From an uncultured Oscillospiraceae bacterium (GTDB taxonomy: Bacteria > Bacillota > Clostridia > Oscillospirales > Oscillospiraceae), in NCBI GenBank assembly GCA_944387625.1, contig CALXFQ010000001.1, positions 5,605 through 69,604 on the forward strand: DNA of 64,000 nucleotides. The letters are read 5' to 3'. The translations under genes were made by a program, and so were the position numbers. The notes below the pieces were generated by a model. The model made no database searches. It was given only the letters and a program-made list of their open reading frames with translations, and had not been told where the DNA came from. Below, piece after piece: positions 1 through 8,621 of this stretch. The number at the start of each line of letters is the position of its first letter. Position 1 is the stretch's first letter.

Positions 1-699
1 GTCCTTCTCGTACTCCCGCAGCTGGGGCTCGGTGTAGGAGTCCTTCAGCTCGTCGGCGTGGTCGTTGTAGTAGGAGCTGGCCAGGGTGTTGACCTCATAA
101 TACTCCCGGTAAGAGCTCTTGCTGGCGCTGTTGCCGTAGATCGACTTCAGATAGTGGCTCACGCCCCGGTAGCCCTTGCTCTTGGCGTAGTCATTCATGC
201 TGTCGAACAGCTCGTCGATCTCGGTCTCCTCCTCGGCGGTCAGCTCGTAGCCGGCGGCCTTGGCGGCGTTGTACAGCGCGTAGGTGTTCTTCACGTTGGA
301 CAGGGCGGTCCGCAGGAAGCTATCCGCCCAGGTCTGCCCGGTGGTGGAGTCGGCCACCTGCTCGTTCAGGGGGGTGTCCACATCCAGCAGGTAGCTGATG
401 TAGTAGCTGTTATTGCTCACATACTGGTTGATCGCGTCGATGTAGTAGTAGTTGAGCTGGGTGGTGCTGATCTTCTCGCCGTCTATCTCCACGGCGGTGC
501 CCATTCGGTCGATCAACACGTTCACCGGGCCGGAAAGGGCCATGCCGCCGACGATGGCCACGATCAAGATCATGATGGTCCAGAAAGTCCAAGTATAGAT
601 CTTCAGCTGCTTGGCTTCCTTCTGGGCGGCCTTCTGCCGCTCGGACATGTGAGCGGCGTTCTGCTCCTTGCGGAGTTTTTTCTTGCTGGATGCACTCAT
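1..699 (-). CDS. membrane-anchored SurA-N-domain / PrsA-like foldase (putative peptidyl-prolyl isomerase), N-terminal part; the gene runs off the window start
   Basis: This ORF is absent from the track because it is truncated by the window edge. My reverse-strand reading from CAT at 697-699 gives MSASSKKKLRKEQNAAHMSERQKAAQKEAKQLKIYTWTFWTIMILIVAIVGGMALSGPVNVLIDRMGTAVEIDGEKISTTQLNYYYIDAINQY. That is a basic N-terminus, one TM helix, then an NYYY segment typical of clostridial SurA-N PPIases. A GAGAGG-type RBS lies about 10 nt upstream. Confidence 0.55.
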   Translation of the reverse strand, partial: MSASSKKKLRKEQNAAHMSERQKAAQKEAKQLKIYTWTFWTIMILIVAIVGGMALSGPVNVLIDRMGTAVEIDGEKISTTQLNYYYIDAINQYVSNNSYYISYLLDVDTPLNEQVADSTTGQTWADSFLRTALSNVKNTYALYNAAKAAGYELTAEEETEIDELFDSMNDYAKSKGYRGVSHYLKSIYGNSASKSSYREYYEVNTLASSYYNDHADELKDSYTEPQLREYEKD

Positions 700-767
700 G
701 GTTATCAATTCCTCTCGTTTGATCCGACCGGCTCCGACGCCGATGGGTCTTTTGCGTAGACTACAGC

Positions 768-796
768 ATTATAACCGATATGTCCGGCAGTTTCAA
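768..796 (-). promoter_or_regulatory. sigma-A type promoter, TTGAAA-17-TATAAT
   Basis: On the minus strand, TTGAAA is at 796-791 and TATAAT at 773-768, separated by a 17-nt spacer. The element sits about 70 nt upstream of the start codon at 699. Confidence 0.6.
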
Positions 797-861
797 GAGC
801 CTTTTTTCCTGAGATCACAAAAATCCAGAAATATTTACAAACTCGCCCCTCTGGGGCAATA

Positions 862-892
862 TAAAAAACGCGGGGAGCCGAAGCTCCCCGCG
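862..892 (-). terminator. intrinsic terminator
   Basis: The perfect hairpin CGCGGGGAGC-uucg-GCUCCCCGCG lies at 869-892 and is followed on the minus strand by UUUUUU (863-868). Confidence 0.8.
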
Positions 893-900
893 CCACCCCA

Positions 901-1080
901 CTTTGGCCGTGTGCATCCAGTGTGACCTGCACGAAACGGCAGGTGGGATGCCGCTCCTGCCCTTTACTGCTTCCAACGTCCGCTGATCGTCTGAGCGCCA
1001 GCGGGAGGCCTGCAAACCGGGCAGGAAGTCTAACGTCCCAATGATAAAATGTGGGTCCAAAAGGACACATCACGCACCAA
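901..1080 (-). ncRNA. candidate structured sRNA with 6S-like (SsrS) rod and central-bubble architecture
   Basis: There is no credible ORF here. The 5' and 3' ends pair (1080-1063 with 918-903). A long irregular internal helix pairs 1039-1019 with 962-945, and an apical hairpin sits at 1004-980. Facing unpaired stretches form a bubble, and a terminator follows directly. The fold was done by eye only. Confidence 0.35.
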
Positions 1081-1098
1081 GCAGGAGATGTGACTGGT

Positions 1099-1374
1099 TC
1101 AGCCCTCCTCCTCTTCGTAGAGGCTGTCCATGATCAGCTCATACACCGCTTCCAGCTCTTCCTGGTCTTCGATGGCGGCGAGGATCGGCTCTCCGTCCTC
1201 TTCCACGGACTTGAGGATGGATACCTCCATCTGCTGGTCCTCCTCCGCCCCGGTGGGGATCACCGCCAGGTAGGTGGCGCCGTCGTATTCCAATGTAGAG
1301 AGGACCTCCAGCTCATATTCCGTGCCGTCTTCATCCACGATGGTCATGAAGTCCGAGCCAAACTCGTCTGCCAT
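1099..1374 (-). CDS. DUF1292 (UPF0473) family protein
   Basis: This is a 91-aa acidic protein. The sequence ...MTIVDEDGTEYELEVLSTLEYDGATYLAVIP...ILKSVEEDGE matches the DUF1292 pattern I know. Confidence 0.75.
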   Translation of the reverse strand: MADEFGSDFMTIVDEDGTEYELEVLSTLEYDGATYLAVIPTGAEEDQQMEVSILKSVEEDGEPILAAIEDQEELEAVYELIMDSLYEEEEG

Positions 1375-1644
1375 AGGGGCTTCCTCCTTGCTTCGTCTGG
1401 CTATATGGTATCAGCTTTTGACCGCAAAATCAAGAGGGAATATGGCGATGACCGGCGGCCTCCGGGGACGGCTCCGCGCTATAGTATATGCGCCGTTCCC
1501 GGGAAGATATGCCGGCGGGATTTTAACGATTATTAACATTTTAGGGCTTTCGTTTTCCAGGGGCGTATGCTATAATTAGACGGCTAGCGCTGTATACTAT
1601 GCGCGGAAAGCGTATACGGTGCGTGTTTTACGGAGGTATCTGCT

Positions 1645-4335
1645 ATGCCAGAGCAAAATAACAGCGGGAAGAAAAAGGAGCCTCGCCAGGAGTGGAAGCC
1701 CCATTGGCTGCCGGACTCGGTACGGCTGATCTTGAAGGCCGCGCTGGGCGTGGTCAAGATCGCCGCGGGGGCGGTGGCCACGGTGGCGCTGATCTGTGTG
1801 GTGTGCGCCTTCGTGTTCGTGGGCATCCTGGGGACGTACCTGGAAGAGGACATCCTCCCCGACGCCCAGATCGTGAAGGAGAACTACGACGCGGACGAGA
1901 AGACCATGCTCCACTACGTGGACGCCGACGGCGACATCCAGGACCTGCAGGAGATCTACGCCGCCACCGACCGGGACTGGGCCTATTATGATGAGATCCC
2001 TGAGGCCCTGATCCAGGCCGCCGTGGCCATCGAGGACAAGCGGTTCTATGAGCACCAGGGCGTGGACTGGATCACCACGGTGAAGGCCTGCGCCGGGATG
2101 TTCTTCGGCACCAGCGACGCCGGCGGCTCTACGATCACCCAGCAGCTGGTGAAGAACCTGACCGGGGACAACTCTGTCACCGTCCGCCGGAAGGTGGTGG
2201 AGATCTTCAAGGCCCAGGACTTTGAGCGCCGCTACGATAAGAAGGTGATCATGGAATGGTATCTGAACATGATCTACTTCGGCGACCGGCGGCACGGGGT
2301 CAAGAGCGCCGCCGCCCACTACTTCGGGAAGGAGCTGCAGGAGCTGACGGTGGCCGAGTGCGCCAGCCTGATCAGCATCACCAACAACCCTTCGATCTTC
2401 GGACCATACTCGTCCGCCTTTGAATATAATGGGGAGATGATGACCGGCGCGGAACGGAACCGGATCCGGCAGGTCAACACCCTGTGGGAGATGCGAAACC
2501 AGGGCTACCTTACCGACGAGGAATACGAGGCGGCCCGGGACCAGGAGCTGGTGTTCAAAAGCGGCATCGCCGACGAGGACCGGCTGGCCACCTGTGAGCA
2601 GCCGGAGTGCGGCTATCAGTGCACCGTCAAGGAACTGGTGCAGAAGGAGGACGGCCTGTACTACTGCCCGGAGTGCGGCAGCCAGGTAAAGGTGGGGGAC
2701 AACGCCTCCCAGGCGGTGTACTCCTGGTTCGTGGACACGGTGCTCGAGGACGTGGCCAGCGTGCTGGCGGCCCGGGACGGCTTCTTGTGGAAAGACCTGA
2801 GCACCCTGGAGCGGGAGATGTACCGCCAGCTGATCCAGCGGGGCGGCTACCATGTATACACCACCCTGGACAAGACCGTCCAGGACCAGGTGGACAAGAT
2901 CTACACGGACCTGGAGCAGATCCCCCAGACCCTGGGCGCGCAGCAGCTCCAGTCGGGCATCGTGGTGGTGGACAACCGCACCGGCGACATCGTGGGCATG
3001 GCCGGCGGCGTGGGGGAGAAGGTAGTCTTCGACGCCTTCAACATGGCTACCGACGCCCAGCGTCAGGTGGGCTCCTCTTTCAAGCCCCTGGCGGTATATG
3101 CCCCGGCCTTCGAGTCCGGCAAGGTGACCCCGGCCACGGTGATCTTGGATATGCCCCTGTGGTATACCGACAACAGGCCCTACCCCCGGAACGAGAGCTA
3201 TGTGTATAACTACTCCATGACCGTCCTGGACGGCGTGGTCAACTCCATCAACGCCGTGTCCGTGAACACCCTGGACATCATCGGCACCCGTTACAGCTTC
3301 GACTTCGCCAAGGAGAAGTTCCGGATCTCCGGCCTGGTGGAGTCCGACGGCCAGGGCAACACCGATGTGAGCTATTCGCCCTTGTCCATGGGCGGCCTGA
3401 CCATCGGCGCCACGGTCCGGGACGTGACCAGCGCCTACGCCACCTTCGCCAACGGCGGCGTGTGGCGGGAGGGCCGGACCTATACCAAGGTCTATGACTC
3501 CCAGGGCGACCTGGTGATCGAAAATGAGCAGGACCAGGAGCAGATCCTCAGCCAGAAGACTGTGGACTATATGAACTACTGCCTGAGCGAGGCGGTGAAG
3601 CGGGGCACCGGTACCGTGGCCCAGATCTCCGGCATGGAGGTCTACGGCAAGACCGGTACCACCACCAGCCTGAAGGACCGTTATTTCTGCGGCTTTACCG
3701 GCTACTACACCGCCGCGGTCTGGTGCGGCTTTGAGCAGCCGGCCCAGATCACCCTCACCGGCCCCGATCGGAGCAACCCGGCGGCCCGGCTGTGGAAAAA
3801 GGTGATGGAGCCGCTCCATGAGGGCAAGGAGAGCGTCAGGCTCTACGACAAGGACGATAAGATGGTATCCGTCACCGTATGCCTGGAGTCCGGCGGCCTG
3901 GTGTCCGCCGCCTGCCAGCATGACATCCGGGGCAGCGCCCGGACATCCACGGTGAAGGTCTACCCGGAGGACGTGCCCAACTTCTACTGCGACCGGCACA
4001 TCCTGGTGGACTACTGCACCGAGGGCAAGGCGGTGGCCAACGAGTATTGTAAGAAATTCGCCGCGGTGGGTATGCTCAAGCTGGAGCAGACCGCCCTGGT
4101 CACCATGACCCAGGAGCAGATCGACAGCCTGCGCCTGGCGGGGGAGTGCGGCCTGGTGAGCCACTACCTCCAGGACGAGTATATCTATCAGGTGGACGAC
4201 AACGGCGATCCGGTGAGCTTCCACGGCATCTACGGCGATCGGACCGGCACCGGCCCCTGCGTCAGCTGCACCGTCCACACCAAGGAGGCTTGGGAGGAAT
4301 ATGTGCAGGAGAACCCCTGGGTCCAGGACCCCTAA
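1645..4335 (+). CDS. class A penicillin-binding protein (bifunctional glycosyltransferase/transpeptidase, PBP1A-like)
   Basis: It has an N-terminal TM helix and the GT51 motifs EDKRFYEHQGVD and GGSTITQQLVKN. The transpeptidase motifs are SSFK (SxxK), SVN and KTGTT. A GGAGG RBS precedes the ATG at 1645. Confidence 0.9.
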   Translation: MPEQNNSGKKKEPRQEWKPHWLPDSVRLILKAALGVVKIAAGAVATVALICVVCAFVFVGILGTYLEEDILPDAQIVKENYDADEKTMLHYVDADGDIQDLQEIYAATDRDWAYYDEIPEALIQAAVAIEDKRFYEHQGVDWITTVKACAGMFFGTSDAGGSTITQQLVKNLTGDNSVTVRRKVVEIFKAQDFERRYDKKVIMEWYLNMIYFGDRRHGVKSAAAHYFGKELQELTVAECASLISITNNPSIFGPYSSAFEYNGEMMTGAERNRIRQVNTLWEMRNQGYLTDEEYEAARDQELVFKSGIADEDRLATCEQPECGYQCTVKELVQKEDGLYYCPECGSQVKVGDNASQAVYSWFVDTVLEDVASVLAARDGFLWKDLSTLEREMYRQLIQRGGYHVYTTLDKTVQDQVDKIYTDLEQIPQTLGAQQLQSGIVVVDNRTGDIVGMAGGVGEKVVFDAFNMATDAQRQVGSSFKPLAVYAPAFESGKVTPATVILDMPLWYTDNRPYPRNESYVYNYSMTVLDGVVNSINAVSVNTLDIIGTRYSFDFAKEKFRISGLVESDGQGNTDVSYSPLSMGGLTIGATVRDVTSAYATFANGGVWREGRTYTKVYDSQGDLVIENEQDQEQILSQKTVDYMNYCLSEAVKRGTGTVAQISGMEVYGKTGTTTSLKDRYFCGFTGYYTAAVWCGFEQPAQITLTGPDRSNPAARLWKKVMEPLHEGKESVRLYDKDDKMVSVTVCLESGGLVSAACQHDIRGSARTSTVKVYPEDVPNFYCDRHILVDYCTEGKAVANEYCKKFAAVGMLKLEQTALVTMTQEQIDSLRLAGECGLVSHYLQDEYIYQVDDNGDPVSFHGIYGDRTGTGPCVSCTVHTKEAWEEYVQENPWVQDP

Positions 4336-4344
4336 GGAGGCGCT

Positions 4345-5217
4345 ATGATCTGGATATCCGACCGATGGGAGGACTATGAGGTGCTGGACACCAGCGACGG
4401 AGAGCGGCTGGAGCGGTGGGGCAAATACCTGCTGGTCCGGCCGGATCCCCAGGTGATCTGGGCCACCCCCAAGATCCATCCGGGCTGGAAGAAGTATGAC
4501 GCCCGGTATCTGCGCTCCAGCACCGGCGGCGGCCGGTGGAGCGACCACCACCTGCCGGAGCGGTGGCAGATCCGGTACCGGGACTATCTGACGTTCAACG
4601 TCAAGCCCATGAATTTCAAGCACACCGGCGTGTTCCCGGAGCAGGCCGCCAACTGGGACTTTATCCGGGACACGGTGGCCCAGGCGGCGGCCCGGCGGCC
4701 GGTACGGGTGCTGAACCTGTTCGCCTATTCCGGCGGCGCCACATTGGCGGCGGCGGCCGGCGGTGCGGAGGTGTACCATGTGGACGCCTCCAAGGGCATG
4801 GTGGCCTGGGCCAAGGAAAATGCCCAGGCTTCCGGCCTGGCGGACCGTCCGATCCACTGGATCGTGGACGACTGCGGCAAGTTCATCCAGCGGGAGATCC
4901 GCCGGGGACGGCGCTATGACGGCATCATCATGGATCCCCCCAGCTACGGCCGGGGACCTGGCGGTGAGATCTGGAAGATGGAGAGCAGCTTCTACCCCTT
5001 CCTTCAGGAGACCGCCAGGCTCCTGTCCGACGACCCGCTGTTCGTGATCATCAACTCCTACACCACGGGCCTGGCCCCCTCGGCGGTGGGCTATGCCTCC
5101 GATGTGGTGTTCGGCGCCGCCTATGGAGGAAAGACCGCCGTAGGCGAGCTGGGCCTGCCGGTGAAGTCCACCGGCATCATGCTGCCCTGCGGCGCCACCG
5201 GAAGATGGACCCCATGA
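4345..5217 (+). CDS. class I SAM-dependent methyltransferase (RlmI/RlmK-like, no PUA domain)
   Basis: A Rossmann motif LNLFAYSGGATLAAA is present, together with the DPPSYGRG catalytic-type motif. Confidence 0.7.
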   Translation: MIWISDRWEDYEVLDTSDGERLERWGKYLLVRPDPQVIWATPKIHPGWKKYDARYLRSSTGGGRWSDHHLPERWQIRYRDYLTFNVKPMNFKHTGVFPEQAANWDFIRDTVAQAAARRPVRVLNLFAYSGGATLAAAAGGAEVYHVDASKGMVAWAKENAQASGLADRPIHWIVDDCGKFIQREIRRGRRYDGIIMDPPSYGRGPGGEIWKMESSFYPFLQETARLLSDDPLFVIINSYTTGLAPSAVGYASDVVFGAAYGGKTAVGELGLPVKSTGIMLPCGATGRWTP

Positions 5218-5234
5218 CGGGAAGGAGCACGACT

Positions 5235-6083
5235 ATGACAGAAGCGATCCAAGTGGAGCATTTGCGTTACATCTACCCGGGCGTGGACGACACGCCCGGT
5301 GTCGCCGTATTTGAAGACCTGAGCCTGTCCATCCGGGAAGGGAGCTTTGTGGCGGTGCTGGGCAGCAACGGCTGCGGCAAATCCACCCTGGCAAAACATT
5401 TCAATTCCATCCTGCTGCCCTGCGGGGGCAAGGTCTATGTGTGCGGCATGGACACCGCCAACGAGGATCTGCTGCTGAAGATCCGCCGGAACGTGGGCAT
5501 GGTGTTCCAAAACCCGGACAACCAGATCGTTGCCAACGTGGTGGAGGAAGACGTGGCCTTCGGCCCGGAGAACCTGGGCATCGCCAGCCCGGAGATCCGC
5601 CGCCGGGTGGATAAAGCCCTGAAGCAGGTGGATATGTACGAGTTCCGGGACCATGCCCCCCATCTGCTCTCCGGCGGACAGAAGCAGCGGGTGGCTATCG
5701 CCGGGATCATCGCCATGGAGCCGAAGTGCATCGTCCTGGACGAGCCCACCGCCATGCTCGACCCCAAGGGCCGCCGGGAAGTGATGGACACGGTGATCCG
5801 GCTGAACCGGGAGAAGAACATCACCGTGGTGCTGATCACCCACCATATGGACGAGGCCGCCCAGGCCCAGCGGGTGATCGTGCTGCATCAGGGGCAGGTG
5901 GCCGCCGACGGCGCGCCGGAGCAGGTGTTCTCCCAGGTGGAGCTGCTCCACAAGATCGGTCTGGCCGCGCCGGACACGGTGGAACTTTGCTACGCTCTGG
6001 ACCAAAGCGGCCTGGCCGCCCCCCTGGACCGACTGGATACAGAAAGCTGCGCGCAGGCACTTTACGAGCTGATGAAGGCCTGA
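5235..6083 (+). CDS. ecfA1: ECF transporter energy-coupling ATPase EcfA1
   Basis: It carries Walker A GSNGCGKST, signature LSGGQKQRVAIA and Walker B IVLDEPT. I place the start at ATG 5235 (GGAAGGAG RBS) rather than the track start at 5205. It is the first of the conserved ecfA-ecfA-ecfT-truA run. Confidence 0.85.
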   Translation: MTEAIQVEHLRYIYPGVDDTPGVAVFEDLSLSIREGSFVAVLGSNGCGKSTLAKHFNSILLPCGGKVYVCGMDTANEDLLLKIRRNVGMVFQNPDNQIVANVVEEDVAFGPENLGIASPEIRRRVDKALKQVDMYEFRDHAPHLLSGGQKQRVAIAGIIAMEPKCIVLDEPTAMLDPKGRREVMDTVIRLNREKNITVVLITHHMDEAAQAQRVIVLHQGQVAADGAPEQVFSQVELLHKIGLAAPDTVELCYALDQSGLAAPLDRLDTESCAQALYELMKA

Positions 6084-6102
6084 CGCCCTGGAGGAGATAC
6101 CA

Positions 6103-6966
6103 TTGGCACCCATTTTACAGATCAAAGACCTGACCCATATCTACAGCCAAGGGACACCCTTTGAGCATAAGGCTCTGGACGGGGTCACATTCAGCGTAGA
6201 GCGGGGCGAATTTATCGGCATCATCGGACATACCGGCTCCGGCAAGTCCACCCTGATGCAGCATTTGAACGGCCTGCTGAAGCCCACTTCCGGCACCGTG
6301 GCCCTGGATGGGGTGGACATCTGGACCGATAAGAAGATCACCCGGCAGGCCCGGTTCCGGGTGGGGCTGGTGTTCCAGTACCCGGAGTATCAGCTCTTCG
6401 AGGAGACCGCTTACAAAGACATCGCCTTCGGGCCGAAGAACATGGGCCTTCCGCCCCAGGAGGTGGACCGCCGGGTGAGGGAAGCCGCGGGCTTCGTGGG
6501 ATTGACGGACCAGCAGCTGGGCGCGTCCCCCTTCGACCTGTCCGGCGGACAGAAGCGCCGGGTGGCGATCGCCGGAGTGATCGCCATGGAGCCGGAGGTG
6601 CTGATCCTGGACGAGCCTACCGCCGGGCTGGACCCGGTGGGGCGAGCGGAGATCCTGGGCAACATCCAGGACTATCGGAAGGCAAAAAACGCCACGATCA
6701 TGATGGTCAGCCACTCGATGAACGACGTGGCCCGGCTCACCGACCGGCTGCTGGTGATGAACGGATCCAAGCTTGCCATGGACGGCAGTCCCCGGCAGGT
6801 GTTCCAGCACGCCCAGGAGCTGCTGGATATGGGCCTGGATGTGCCGGAGGTGACCCGGGTGTTCCTGCGGCTGCGGGAGATGGGACTGGACGTGGAGCCG
6901 GTGTATTCCATCGAGCAGGCGGTGGAAGCCCTGAAGGGGCTGAAGGAGGTGGGCAGCCATGCTTAA
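6103..6966 (+). CDS. ecfA2: ECF transporter energy-coupling ATPase EcfA2
   Basis: It carries GHTGSGKST, LSGGQKRRVAIA and LILDEPT. The start is TTG with a GGAGGAG RBS. Confidence 0.85.
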   Translation: MAPILQIKDLTHIYSQGTPFEHKALDGVTFSVERGEFIGIIGHTGSGKSTLMQHLNGLLKPTSGTVALDGVDIWTDKKITRQARFRVGLVFQYPEYQLFEETAYKDIAFGPKNMGLPPQEVDRRVREAAGFVGLTDQQLGASPFDLSGGQKRRVAIAGVIAMEPEVLILDEPTAGLDPVGRAEILGNIQDYRKAKNATIMMVSHSMNDVARLTDRLLVMNGSKLAMDGSPRQVFQHAQELLDMGLDVPEVTRVFLRLREMGLDVEPVYSIEQAVEALKGLKEVGSHA

Positions 6967-7765
6967 AGACATCACCCTGGGCCAGTTTTTCCCGGGAGAG
7001 TCCTTCGTCCATCGCCTGGACCCCAGGACCAAGCTGATCATGCTGGTGGTGTACATCGTGGCGCTGTTCATGGCCGAGAGCTGGATCAGCTACGCGGTGA
7101 TGTTCGCCTTCCTGGCCTTCGCCGTGACCATCTCCAAGATCCCGCCCAAGAGCATCGTCCGGGGCATGAAGCCCATGGTGGTCATCCTGGTGTTCACCGG
7201 CGTGCTCAACTTGTTCGTGACCCCCGGCGAAACGGTGTGGCTGAAGTTCTGGATCTTCACCATCACCAAGGAAGGGGTGATCCGGGCCTTTTTCATGGTG
7301 ACCCGGATCTTGATGCTGGTCAGCGGCACCTTCCTGCTGACCTATACCACCTCGCCGATCGCTCTGACCGACGGCCTGGAGTCGCTGTTGTCCCCCCTGA
7401 AGAAGATCCATTTGCCGATCCATGAGCTTGCCATGATGATGTGCATCGCTCTGCGGTTCATCCCCACCTTGATCGAGGAAACGGACAAGATCATGTCCGC
7501 TCAGAAGGCCAGAGGCGCGGATTTTGAAAGCGGCAGTCTGATGGAGCGGGTGAAGGCCCTGGTGCCGATCTTGATCCCGTTGTTCGTAGGGGCTTTCCGC
7601 CGGGCCGATGAGCTGGCTACCGCCATGGAGTGCCGGTGCTATCACGGCGGCGAGGGCCGGACCAAGATGAAGCTCCTGCGCTACAGCCGGTGGGATCTGT
7701 GGACCTTCGCCTTCGGCGCGGTCCTTCTGGCCGGGGTGATCGTGCTGGCAAGCTTCGGCCTGTGA
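6959..7765 (+). CDS. ecfT: ECF transporter transmembrane component EcfT
   Basis: This is a multi-TM protein with the conserved Ala-Arg-Gly motif (SAQKARGADF). It overlaps the ecfA2 stop. Confidence 0.85.
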   Translation: MLKDITLGQFFPGESFVHRLDPRTKLIMLVVYIVALFMAESWISYAVMFAFLAFAVTISKIPPKSIVRGMKPMVVILVFTGVLNLFVTPGETVWLKFWIFTITKEGVIRAFFMVTRILMLVSGTFLLTYTTSPIALTDGLESLLSPLKKIHLPIHELAMMMCIALRFIPTLIEETDKIMSAQKARGADFESGSLMERVKALVPILIPLFVGAFRRADELATAMECRCYHGGEGRTKMKLLRYSRWDLWTFAFGAVLLAGVIVLASFGL

Positions 7766-7766
7766 G

Positions 7767-8546
7767 GTGGCTATGCGGAACATCTGTCTGTTTTTGCGTT
7801 ATCTTGGCACCGCCTATCACGGCTGGCAGGCCCAGAAGGATCTGGCCACCGTCCAGCAGACCCTGGAGAAGGCGGCGGCCATGGTGGTGGGCCACAGCGT
7901 CCACATGACCGGCTGCGGCCGGACCGACGCCGGGGTCCACGCCAAATGCTATGTGGCCAATTTTCGGACCAGCTCCACGATCCCCACGGACCGGCTGCCC
8001 TACGCCCTGAACACCCATCTGCCCCCGGACATCGTGGTGACCAACGCCTTCCCGGTCCACGACGGCTTCAACGCCATCGGCTCCTGCGCGCGGAAGGAAT
8101 ACACCTATCTGATCTACAACTCCCGGATCCGGGATCCGTTCTTCGTGGAGCGGGCCTGGTTCTATCCCCGGCACCTGGACGAGCAGGTGATGCAGGCGGC
8201 GGCGGACCAGTTCGTGGGCACCCACGATTTTGCCGCCGTGCGCAGTGTGGGCACCGATGTCAAGTCCACCGTTCGGACCGTATATTATTATCATGTGGAG
8301 CGGCAGGGGGCGCTGATCCGGCTCCGGGTGTGCGCCGACGGGTTTTTGTACAACATGGCCCGGGCCATGGCAGGCACCGTGGTCTATGCCGCCGAGGGGA
8401 AGTTCCCGCCGGAGAGGATCGGCCAGATCTTAGACCGGGGAGATCGGACCGCCGCGGGCCCTACCGTACCGGCAGGAGGACTGTACATGACCCATCTGTG
8501 GTATGATGATGGGGTGGAGCGGTTCGAATGTGTGCCGGTGCTGTGA
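7767..8546 (+). CDS. truA: tRNA pseudouridine(38-40) synthase TruA
   Basis: It has the YHGWQ motif and the catalytic motif GRTDAGVHA. Its position after ecfT is the typical one. Confidence 0.9.
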   Translation: MAMRNICLFLRYLGTAYHGWQAQKDLATVQQTLEKAAAMVVGHSVHMTGCGRTDAGVHAKCYVANFRTSSTIPTDRLPYALNTHLPPDIVVTNAFPVHDGFNAIGSCARKEYTYLIYNSRIRDPFFVERAWFYPRHLDEQVMQAAADQFVGTHDFAAVRSVGTDVKSTVRTVYYYHVERQGALIRLRVCADGFLYNMARAMAGTVVYAAEGKFPPERIGQILDRGDRTAAGPTVPAGGLYMTHLWYDDGVERFECVPVL

Positions 8547-8621
8547 TGTTCACAATTTCGTTTCCCATTTGGCGTCGGATCGTGGTAGACTGATGCCAAA
8601 TGGGAAGTTTCCTATAAAGGA

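Noticed and set aside
901-1080. The possibility that the structured RNA is SRP RNA (ffs). It contains GGAAGCAG...AAGGGCAGG, which is reminiscent of the 4.5S helix 8 sequence.
   Set aside because: The preceding bases do not form the GNRA-capped helix (GUCC-GGAA-GGA). The conserved 5' GGUGCUGUUU-type segment is also absent. The overall fold is a rod with a large central bubble rather than an SRP domain IV hairpin.
1597-4857. A 1086-aa minus-strand ORF antisense to the PBP and methyltransferase genes. There are similar giants at 8550-10877, 24918-27221, 34159-36699, 41264-44134 and 44775-47090 on the minus strand, and at 10926-12635 and 57780-59126 on the plus strand.
   Set aside because: Their translations are low-complexity Gly/Ala/Arg/Pro/His/Val-rich strings with no motifs. 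Each lies exactly opposite a gene with strong family signatures. Stop-free shadow frames like these are expected in GC-rich DNA with third-position G/C bias.
8547-8621. A CtsR operator upstream of the Clp ATPase gene.
   Set aside because: No GGTCAAA-type direct repeat is present. Only the unrelated 12-bp palindrome, reported as a finding, occurs here.
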